Shown here: one piece after another, positions 49,426 through 57,230 of the stretch
How positions within the stretch are numbered: the first letter of the stretch is position 1
Layout: the number at the start of each line of letters is the position of its first letter
Assembly (NCBI GenBank): GCA_035765195.1
Contig: DASTYC010000026.1
Location: 170,684 to 234,683, forward strand
Origin: Streptosporangiaceae bacterium
GTDB taxonomy: Bacteria; Actinomycetota; Actinomycetes; Streptosporangiales; Streptosporangiaceae
DNA: 64,000 nucleotides
Direction of reading: 5' to 3'
Position numbers and translations under genes: made by a program
Notes under the pieces: model-generated
Databases searched by the model: none
Told to the model about the DNA's origin: nothing
Seen by the model: the letters and a program-made list of their open reading frames with translations, nothing else

Positions 49426-50322
49426 TTCTGCCGCCCCATATCAATGTCCCTCGATCGATGCAGGTCAGGTCATTGATCCACATTGTGCGCGGGGTCGCGT
49501 CGCCGGTGGGATCGCTCGCCCGGAGCGCCGACGGGGATTGGCGGGCGAGTCCGGCGCGCCGTTGCGTCATCGGAATTTATTCATTTTCCGCACCTATCAG
49601 TCGCGGGATACGAATGACGGCCATCACTCCGGTATGGGCAATGACAATAGCGCGGGCTCCTTATCAGCGGGCGAAACCCAGCCGTGATCATACAAGAAGA
49701 CTACTCCGGCTGGCGACACGAATTGACTCTTGTGGTCAACGTGAGCGTTCGCCCCTGCCGCGATGCGGGGGCCCGGCCGCCCGGCCGGACGCGCGGTCCC
49801 GTGAAGGGCCGCCGCGGACCGCGGCCGAACGCCCCAAAGGCCCCGCCGGCCACGCGCGTTCTGCCGGAGTTCTTCGGGTTCCTCCGGCCCGCCTCCACCG
49901 CCGCTGATCTGCGCGACCGCGCCCCGGCGGCGCCCGCGAACCGGCATCCGCCCCGGTCATGCGAGGTCACCGGCCCTTCCGATATCGCTGGGCAACGGCG
50001 AATAACTCCGGCCGAACCACATGGACTCGCCAGGGGGTCCTCGGGAACCTGTGATCATGTCAGGGATTTTCCGGGCCGGTTTCGCGCGCACGCCCGAACG
50101 GCACGATCCCGCGGCCGCGCCGCCGTCACGGCTCGATCCGCCGCCCACGGCAACCGCCGCGGCCGGCGCGCCGCCTGGTTCGCCTTGGTCGACTCGGCCG
50201 CCATTTCCCCCTCCGCATTACCGCACGGCGACCTTTTGGGGTGCCCGGGATGCCGCCCGAATATGGCATGAGGCGGCCGCGGCCAATCGGCTGATACAAG
50301 GCACGAGGGCGGAAAAATCCCG

Positions 50323-51306
50323 ATGACCGCGCACCCGATCGACCGTCACCCTCGGGAAACCGCCACAGCCGTCAAGAATTCCCGGCGAAAAGTGGCCGGC
50401 GGACTATTCAGGCTGGCGAAGATCAAGGTATTCCAGCACTATTTCGGCCTGACGTTGGCGTGGCTGATGCTGAGCCCCGGCGCCTTGCACCGCCCGGGGA
50501 CCACCCCCGCGATGTCGCTGTTCCTGCTGGGCTCGGCGGCCATCGTGGCCTGCGCGTGTTCCGCCGACGACATCGCGGGGTTCCGCAACGGCAGCGACGC
50601 CATCAACTACAGAGCGGGCGAGCGGCTGCGGGACATCCGCGCCAAGCCGCTGCTGAGCGGCGCGGTCAGCGAGCGCCAGGCGGTGGTGTTCTCGGTGGCC
50701 GCGGGCGCGATCGCGGTTGCGGCGGGGCTCGCGGCCTTCTGGCAGCTGCGCTGGCAGGCGCCCGTCGCCGCGTACGTGCTGTACCTGGCCGGATTCATCG
50801 TCAGCGTTCAGTATTCGGCCGGACTCAAGATCAGCTATCGCCCCGGCGGCGCCGAGGTGCTGCTGTGCCTGACGACCGCCGCCGGTCTGCTCGCGCCGTT
50901 CGTCGCGGTGAACCGGGGCTGGTCGCCGCCCGCCGTCGTGGCGGCCCTGCTGCTCGGGCTGTGGCTCGTCATGGTGAGCAGCTGCTCCAACGTCAACGAC
51001 GCCGCGGGCGACCGCATGGCCGGCCGCCGGACGCTCGCCGTCGCGGCGAGCCAGACCGCGCTGACCGCGGCCATGGTGGCGTTCTTCGTCGTCTCCGTCG
51101 GGCTCGTTTTCGTGCTGACGGTCAGCGACGCGCGCTGGCCGCCGTGGACGCCGCTCGCGGTGCTGCCGGCGATCGCCGCGCACGCCCGCCAGCTGGCCGC
51201 AGGGCCGGGCCGCGGCCACTGGCTCGAAGCGCGAAGACTCGGGCTGATCGCCTACAACCTGGGCTTTCTCGGCATCGCCGCACCGGCCTACCTCGCGTTC
51301 CACTGA
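50323..51306 (+). CDS. UbiA-superfamily polytopic membrane prenyltransferase-like protein with a non-canonical first Asp-rich motif
   Basis: The DDIAGFRNGSDAINYRAGERLRDIRAKPLLSGAVS region matches the UbiA NDxxDxxxD...RPLPSG block, but the first motif is degenerate. The second motif NVNDAAGDRMAGRRT is present. Multiple TM segments. Confidence 0.7.
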   Translation: MTAHPIDRHPRETATAVKNSRRKVAGGLFRLAKIKVFQHYFGLTLAWLMLSPGALHRPGTTPAMSLFLLGSAAIVACACSADDIAGFRNGSDAINYRAGERLRDIRAKPLLSGAVSERQAVVFSVAAGAIAVAAGLAAFWQLRWQAPVAAYVLYLAGFIVSVQYSAGLKISYRPGGAEVLLCLTTAAGLLAPFVAVNRGWSPPAVVAALLLGLWLVMVSSCSNVNDAAGDRMAGRRTLAVAASQTALTAAMVAFFVVSVGLVFVLTVSDARWPPWTPLAVLPAIAAHARQLAAGPGRGHWLEARRLGLIAYNLGFLGIAAPAYLAFH

Positions 51307-51360
51307 CCACGGAGCGGCATCCCATCTCATCCCGGTCCCCGACACCTTGGACGAAACCAT

Positions 51361-52017
51361 ATGAGCGTCACCACCGAGTGGGCCCTTGACCGCACTCATC
51401 CGTTCCCGGTGCCCCGAGCGGAAGCGCACGTGTGCGCGCCGCCGCTGCCGGGGCGCCGGCTGTGCCGGCCCTGCCTGGCCCGCGGCCGCACGATCCTGCG
51501 GGCGCTTCCCCCGCTGTACGACGACTGCCTCCACGCCCTGAACCCGGTACGACGCGGCCCCATCGTGGAGAAGGTCAGCGGCACCCGGCCGGCGCACTCG
51601 CCCAACGACGCCGCGGTCGAGGCGCGGACGAAGACCCAGGCGGTGCTCGCGTCGTGGGCCCACCTGGTGTCAGACGAGCGCGGGCTGACCACGCGCGGCG
51701 GCGACGTCGGCCACCTCGCCCGGTTCCTGACCGCCCATCTCGACTGGCTGGCCGCCCATCCCGGCGCCGCCGACTTCGTGGCAGAGATCGACGAGTTGCT
51801 CCGCGGCGTCATGCGGGCCGTCGACGCCGGCCCGGCCTCCGAGAGCGAACTCGGCCCGTGCGTCGAGTCCGGATGCGATGGCGTGCTCCTCGCCCGCGGG
51901 GCGGCCGGACGTGGGGGCGGCGCGCCGCAGGTCCGCTGCGACACCGGACGGCACGCGTGGCGCCCCGACCAGTGGCTGTTGCTGCGGCGCCGCCTCGACG
52001 ACCCGGGGCGGGCATGA
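51361..52017 (+). CDS. hypothetical protein with N-terminal Cys cluster (C-x12-C-x2-C ... C)
   Basis: 218-aa ORF. Its stop overlaps (ATGA) the start of the next small HTH gene. Confidence 0.4.
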   Translation: MSVTTEWALDRTHPFPVPRAEAHVCAPPLPGRRLCRPCLARGRTILRALPPLYDDCLHALNPVRRGPIVEKVSGTRPAHSPNDAAVEARTKTQAVLASWAHLVSDERGLTTRGGDVGHLARFLTAHLDWLAAHPGAADFVAEIDELLRGVMRAVDAGPASESELGPCVESGCDGVLLARGAAGRGGGAPQVRCDTGRHAWRPDQWLLLRRRLDDPGRA

Positions 52018-52229
52018 CCGCCGGATCCGCGGGTTCCGGCGTCGCGGGCCGCCGCCCCAGGCGGCGGACGACCGTACCCACCAAGGTCGCCGCCATCGCC
52101 GTGGGCGTGCCCGAGGCGACGATCAGGCAGTGGGCCCGTCGCGGCCGCCTCACCAGGTACGGCACCCCGGGCCGGGCCGAATACGACATCGAGGAGCTCA
52201 CCTCGATAGCCGCGGAGCGCACCCTGTGA
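52014..52229 (+). CDS. small excisionase/MerR-like HTH (HTH_17-type) DNA-binding protein
   Basis: 71 aa with IAVGVPEATIRQWARRGRLTRYGTPGRAEYDIEEL, resembling the Xis-type winged helix. Confidence 0.45.
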   Translation: MTAGSAGSGVAGRRPRRRTTVPTKVAAIAVGVPEATIRQWARRGRLTRYGTPGRAEYDIEELTSIAAERTL

Positions 52230-52290
52230 CCCTGCGCGGGCCCGTGCGGAGCGGTCCCGGCCGCCGCCGTCCTCGCCGCCGGGCCCGGCC

Positions 52291-53394
52291 TCAGTTCTTC
52301 CGATAGGCGACCGCGTGCGCCATCGCGACGAGCTCGGCCCGCCAGGCCGGCTCGATCGGCGCCGCCGCCAGCGCTTGGCGGCCCGCCTCGACGAGCCGGT
52401 CGATGCGCTGCTCGATCTGGTGGGGAACGCCGGCGTCGATCAGTACCTCGCGCAGCTTCGCCGGGTCGCCGCCCGCCCCCAGGACCAGGTCGCGGACGCG
52501 CGAGTCGCGCCGCACGGCCAGGCTCAGCAGCAACGTCATCTTCCGCTGGGCGAGGTCCAGGCCGCCCGGTTTGCCGGTGTCGGCTGCGGCGCCGAAGGCG
52601 TCGATCAGGTCGTCCCGCAGCTGGAACGCCTCACCGAGCGCGTCGCCGAACGCCGCGAAGGCGGGCGCCAGCTCCGCGCGCCCGGCGAGGCCGGCGCCGA
52701 TGACCAGCGGACGATGGATCGTGTAGCGGCCGGATTTCGTGATGGCGATCCACCGGGACAGCTCCGGGTCGGCGGAGCGCTCGGCGGCGACGACCAGGTC
52801 CATGTACTGCCCGATGACCAGCTCCGCGCGCAGCTCCGTCCAGGCCGCCCGGACGGACGGATGCGCGTCCGGCAAGAGCACATCGGACATGAGCACGTCG
52901 GCGTAGATTAACGCCAGGTCGCCGGCGAGGATGGCGACGCCCTCGCCGAATCTGCGCGGCTCGCCCCACCAGCCGTGCCTGGCGTGCTCAGCGGACAGCC
53001 TCGTGTGCAAGGTCGGCGCCCCGCGGCGCCGCGCCGACGCGTCCATCACGTCGTCGTGGATCAGCGCGCAGGTGTGCAGCACCTCCAGCGCGGCGCCGGC
53101 CCCGACGACGCCGTCTGCGGCGGCCGGGTCGCCGCCCGCGGCGAGGTAGCCGGCGATGGCGAACGACGGCCGGACGCGTTTCCCGCCGGAGTCGATCAGC
53201 TCGGACAGCGCCTCGATCGGCACGCCGGCGCGCGCGTCCACCTCGCATCGCAGCGCGCGTTCGGCGGCGAGGAAGTCCCGGATGCGCCGCTCCACGCCGT
53301 CGAGCAGCCGCCGGCGCAGCCGCGCCGCGAAGGTCGCCGGCTCCGCCTCCGGCGGCACTGACAGCGGTCCGGCCGGCACGGCTTCACATCCCAC
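52291..53394 (-). CDS. polyprenyl diphosphate synthase (trans-isoprenyl diphosphate synthase family)
   Basis: FARM LIHDDVMD and SARM FQLRDDLIDAFG. Confidence 0.85.
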   Translation of the reverse strand: MGCEAVPAGPLSVPPEAEPATFAARLRRRLLDGVERRIRDFLAAERALRCEVDARAGVPIEALSELIDSGGKRVRPSFAIAGYLAAGGDPAAADGVVGAGAALEVLHTCALIHDDVMDASARRRGAPTLHTRLSAEHARHGWWGEPRRFGEGVAILAGDLALIYADVLMSDVLLPDAHPSVRAAWTELRAELVIGQYMDLVVAAERSADPELSRWIAITKSGRYTIHRPLVIGAGLAGRAELAPAFAAFGDALGEAFQLRDDLIDAFGAAADTGKPGGLDLAQRKMTLLLSLAVRRDSRVRDLVLGAGGDPAKLREVLIDAGVPHQIEQRIDRLVEAGRQALAAAPIEPAWRAELVAMAHAVAYRKN

Positions 53395-54175
53395 TGGCTG
53401 TCTCCTTCGAAGCTGGGACGGAACTCAGAACCCGCTGCCGCGCCCGGCGGCCGCGGCCCCCGCCGGCCCGGCGGCGCGGCCGCCACGGGGCCGCGCCCTC
53501 CCGCCCGTACTGCCGGTAGAGCGCCACGGTGTAGCACGCGTCCAGCGCGATCACGGTCGCCCCGAGGACCGGGATGACGACGCTGTGCGGGTAGAGCGAG
53601 ACCGACATCACGACGCCGAGGAGGGATCCGGCTCCCTTGCCCACCGCGATGTACATGGACTGGCCCGCCGTCGACCGGCGCCGGCGCAGCATCACCACGA
53701 AGGCCAAACTCATCCAGGCGTTGAGCCCGAGGCCGGTGTAGGCGCCGTAGAAGTCGTTGATCTCGATCTCCACGGCCGCGATGAAGACGGCGCCGAAGAC
53801 GGCGAGCGCGCAAAAGTATCTCCGGAACGCCGCGGCCGGCAGGTCCGGGTAATCCCGCGGCCCGTACCGCAGCACCTGCCGCGCGATGATCAGATCGAGC
53901 AGGAACCACGCGAGGTTGAACGGCCGCTGCCACGAGGCGTGGTTCACGATCAGGGCGTCGTCGAACTCCCAGCCGATGTTGAGCGCGACCGCGACCGCGG
54001 GGATGCCGACGCGCCCGGTCAGCCTGCCCTCCCGGATCGCCAGCAGGTAGGCCGCCAGCCAGCAGCCGCCCACGCTGAGGACGAGGCCCACGTAGTACCA
54101 GCCCGGCAGGTCCCGGGCGCCCTGGGTGATCGGCGCCGCCGACGCGCCGCCGAACAGAGGGGACGGCCACCACAT
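53384..54175 (-). CDS. integral membrane protein of unknown function, translationally coupled to the polyprenyl synthase
   Basis: About 6 predicted TM segments, acidic motifs GWEFDD and EIEINDFYG, and a basic disordered tail. It overlaps the downstream polyprenyl synthase start by about 11 nt. Confidence 0.5.
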   Translation of the reverse strand: MWWPSPLFGGASAAPITQGARDLPGWYYVGLVLSVGGCWLAAYLLAIREGRLTGRVGIPAVAVALNIGWEFDDALIVNHASWQRPFNLAWFLLDLIIARQVLRYGPRDYPDLPAAAFRRYFCALAVFGAVFIAAVEIEINDFYGAYTGLGLNAWMSLAFVVMLRRRRSTAGQSMYIAVGKGAGSLLGVVMSVSLYPHSVVIPVLGATVIALDACYTVALYRQYGREGAAPWRPRRRAGGGRGRRARQRVLSSVPASKETASGM

Positions 54176-54248
54176 CAGCCCGCCTTCCTTTCCGTCGCTC
54201 GCCTTCCGCGTGCCTTTCGTCGGCCGCCGCCGCGGCCGGGCCGCCTGA

Positions 54249-55865
54249 TCACGTCCATCTCCCTGTGCCGCGGCCGGCGTGGACGCCGAGCAGCCGCTCC
54301 CGCAACTCGGCCCGGCGCACCTTCCAGGTGGCGGTCCTGGGGATCTCGTCCCACGGCACGACCCGCGGCTCGGCCAGCGCGGGCAGTCCCTCGGTGGCGC
54401 GCGCCCACTCTTCCGGCTCCAGGCGGTCGTCCCGCATGCACACCACGGGGACCGGCGGGCCGTCGGGCGGCGCGAGCACGATCACCTCGGCGGCGAGGTC
54501 CAGGCGGTCGAGCAGCGTGCTCTCCACCTCGATGCAGCTCGTCCCGGGCACCATGTCCACCTCGCGGTCGACCAGCCGGAACCGCCCAAGGCCCGCGCGC
54601 TCCCCCAGATCTCCCGTGTTCCACCACGGGCCGCTGACCTTGCTCAGGTGGCGTTCGGTCTCGCCCAGATAGGTCAGGCAGCGGGTCTTGGTGCGCACCA
54701 TGATCAGTCCCGGTTCGCCACGACCCCGCGTATGTCCGGTCGCGGGATCGACGATGCGCACCCTGACCAGCGCCGGCCAGCCGATATTCGTCACATCCGG
54801 CCGCGGCCGTACCCGGTCGCGCACACTGCGCCTGGTGAAAACGTTGAAGGTGAACCCCGCGATCTCGGACTGCCCCAGCCCCCATGCCCATACCGGAAGG
54901 CGGCGGCGGGAGACGCCGAGAAACGTGCGCACGGTATGGGGATGCACCGCGTCGAACGTGCTGATGAACCGCTTCACCTGGGCGAACAGCTCGGGTTTGA
55001 GATCGGCGAGCTCGGCCCACCGCTGGAACATGTTCGGCGGCGCCTCGAGCGAGGTCGGCCGGTGGCGCGCCAGCACCTCGGCCACGTTGTCCAGGTCGGG
55101 GCGCGAGATGACGACCATGCCGCGCGGGGCGAGGGTCAGCTGGGACCGGGTCCACGACAGCCCCCGCATGTGCGCGAAGGAGATGGCGCTGGCGACCACG
55201 TCGCCGCGTTTCGAGGTCAGCAGCGGCAGCCGCAATGACTCCAGCCGGTAGGGCAGCCCGCCCAGCGCGGTGAACGCCGAGTGCACCACCAGCTTCGGCA
55301 CGCCGGTCGTCCCCGACGTGTGCGTGACGATCATCGGCTCGTCGTCGCGGCGCACCCGGACCGGCGCCGCCGCGCCGCCGCGCAGGTCGGCGAGCCGCGT
55401 CAGCCCGCTCGCCGCCGCGTCGGGCGGGCCGACGGCGATGAGCGTCACCTCGGGCGCGGCGAGCGGGACCCCGGCGGCCGCCGCGCGGGCGAGCACGCCG
55501 GTGCCGGCCACCAGCACCTTGGGGCCGGCCCGCCCGACCATCGTGCGGAGCGCCTCGATCGAGGCGAGCGGCGCCATCATGACGGGCAGCGCGCCGATCC
55601 GCGCCGCCGCCGCGGCCGTCACCACGACGTCGAAATGGTTGTCCTTGACGATGACGAGCCGATCGTCGTGCCGCAGGCCCGCCGCGTACAGGCAGTCCGA
55701 CAGGTCCCGCACCAGCGCGGCGAGCGCGGCGCCGTCGAGCGTCGTACCGGCGTCCGGCGCGACGTCGAACGGCCGGTCGAGGTGGACGACGGTCTGCCTG
55801 GTCCTGGCGGCGTGCCAGTCGAAGAGCAGGCCGATGTTGATGGGCGCGCCGGTGGGTCGCTGCAT
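54249..55865 (-). CDS. AMP-dependent synthetase/ligase (adenylate-forming enzyme)
   Basis: AMP-binding core motif THTSGTTGVPK and a downstream GWxxTGD-like motif (WWNTGDLG). The long 54249..57344 ORF is the same frame read through upstream. Start chosen at MQRPTGAPIN. Confidence 0.8.
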   Translation of the reverse strand: MQRPTGAPINIGLLFDWHAARTRQTVVHLDRPFDVAPDAGTTLDGAALAALVRDLSDCLYAAGLRHDDRLVIVKDNHFDVVVTAAAAARIGALPVMMAPLASIEALRTMVGRAGPKVLVAGTGVLARAAAAGVPLAAPEVTLIAVGPPDAAASGLTRLADLRGGAAAPVRVRRDDEPMIVTHTSGTTGVPKLVVHSAFTALGGLPYRLESLRLPLLTSKRGDVVASAISFAHMRGLSWTRSQLTLAPRGMVVISRPDLDNVAEVLARHRPTSLEAPPNMFQRWAELADLKPELFAQVKRFISTFDAVHPHTVRTFLGVSRRRLPVWAWGLGQSEIAGFTFNVFTRRSVRDRVRPRPDVTNIGWPALVRVRIVDPATGHTRGRGEPGLIMVRTKTRCLTYLGETERHLSKVSGPWWNTGDLGERAGLGRFRLVDREVDMVPGTSCIEVESTLLDRLDLAAEVIVLAPPDGPPVPVVCMRDDRLEPEEWARATEGLPALAEPRVVPWDEIPRTATWKVRRAELRERLLGVHAGRGTGRWT

Positions 55866-55936
55866 CGAAAATCCTCCATGGAATCCCCGGCCCGCGAGCC
55901 GGGGAAGGCAACCGAATGCGGGCTCTTCGGCCCGGC

Positions 55937-56692
55937 TCACCCCTCGCCGTGCACGACCGCCCGCAGCCGGGCCGTGGCCCGCGCCGGATCCCCGCTGCCG
56001 AACACCCGGCGGCCCACGCACAGCCCCGCCAGTCCGGCGCCGATCACCTTCTTGCCGGCGGCGACGAAGTCGTCCCATGGCCCGTCGGCCTCGCCGCCGG
56101 CGATCACGACCGGCACGGGCACGGCGGCGGCCAGCTCGGCGAGGTACGTCTCGCCGGGATGGGCGGTCTTGACCATGTCGGCGCCGAGTTCGGCCGCCAC
56201 GCGCGCGGCGTGCAGCACGGCCGGTCCCCGCTCCCCGGCCGCCGCCGCGCCGACGTAGCTCATGACGAGCAGCGGAACGCCGAGGCGGTCGCAGCTCGCC
56301 GCGATCCGCCCCAGATCGGCGAGCGCCGGCCGGTCCTCGGCGGGCCCCGCGCCGAGCGTGATGTGCGCCGAGACCGCGTCCGCGCCGAGCGCGAACGCCG
56401 TCTCGGGGTCGCACACCCGGGTCTTGAGCTCCGGCCTGCCGCCGAGCGCGGTGTTGCCCGACAGATGGACGACAAGGGCGGTCGTCCGCTGCACCGGCAT
56501 CTCGCGCGCCGCGGCACCGCGATGCGCCACGATCGCGTCGGCCCCGCCGTCGACGGCCGCCCGCATCGCCGCGGCCATGTTGGCGAGCCCGCCGCCCGGC
56601 CCCGTGGTGACGGAGTGATCGAGCGCGACCAGCAGGCTCCGCCCGTCCGCGCCGAGCAGCCGGCGGAGCCGGCGCTGTTTTCCGCTCACCAT
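55937..56692 (-). CDS. DhnA-type class I aldolase family protein
   Basis: About 252 aa. Pattern LVALDHSVTTGP...AIVAHRG...LVVHLSGNT...DAVSAHITLG...DMVKTAHPG is typical of the DhnA/FbaB-arch aldolase family. Confidence 0.7.
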   Translation of the reverse strand: MVSGKQRRLRRLLGADGRSLLVALDHSVTTGPGGGLANMAAAMRAAVDGGADAIVAHRGAAAREMPVQRTTALVVHLSGNTALGGRPELKTRVCDPETAFALGADAVSAHITLGAGPAEDRPALADLGRIAASCDRLGVPLLVMSYVGAAAAGERGPAVLHAARVAAELGADMVKTAHPGETYLAELAAAVPVPVVIAGGEADGPWDDFVAAGKKVIGAGLAGLCVGRRVFGSGDPARATARLRAVVHGEG

Positions 56693-57078
56693 CTCGACCT
56701 CCGTTTGATGCGTCCGGGCGTACGGCGACGAGCCCCGGCACCGAGGGCGCCGGGGCTGTGGTGTGAGGGGGCCGGGCGTCGGAGGGACGCACGCGAGGAC
56801 TACGAACGACAAACGTCCACGATGCCCCGTCGGTGAACGGGCATGGTGGACGTGCCCAAAGCGTGACACCGCGCAGGCGATCTCCGCCAGCCGCCCCCGG
56901 TGTGATGAGGATCACTGACGGCGGCGGACCGCAGGCCGACACGGGCGATGACCGATGGCCATGAGTGCTCAACGGATGGTTATCGACGTCGACGCGATCT
57001 GCCCGCCCGACCCGGTTTAGGGACAGATCACCCGCGGCAGATTCCCGTCCTAGGACGTGGCTGCCCGAGGAGCGACCC

Positions 57079-57230
57079 ATGAGCCGGGAGCGAGCCCGCC
57101 GAGTGAGCGGAGTGGCCGGCGAGCCCCTGGGCGAGCCGTCCGCGCAGCGAACGAGAAGGGTGAGCGACCCATGAGCATGCGGCAGGCGCACGGCAGGACG
57201 CCCGCTGACGCCGAGCGGGGGGCAACGTGA
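57079..57230 (+). promoter_or_regulatory. two tandem translationally chained uORFs (31 aa and 19 aa), each starting inside a 15-nt perfect direct repeat GAGCGACCCATGAGC (57070-57084 and 57162-57176), leading into the IspH-like gene
   Basis: uORF1 runs from ATG 57079 to TGA 57172-57174. Its stop overlaps uORF2's ATG at 57171. uORF2's TGA at 57228-57230 overlaps the GTG start at 57227 of the IspH-like CDS. All read directly from the sequence. Confidence 0.45.

Noticed and set aside
49684-50326. 195-aa and 101-aa plus-strand ORFs in the 49426-50322 gap
   Set aside because: They are Arg/Pro/Ala-rich with no start context or domain features and look like GC-driven open frames. They are reported only as a gene-poor region.
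51361-52229. Excisionase-like gene as evidence of an integrated mobile element
   Set aside because: There is no integrase, recombinase, transposase or flanking direct repeats in the window. It is treated as a small HTH regulator instead.
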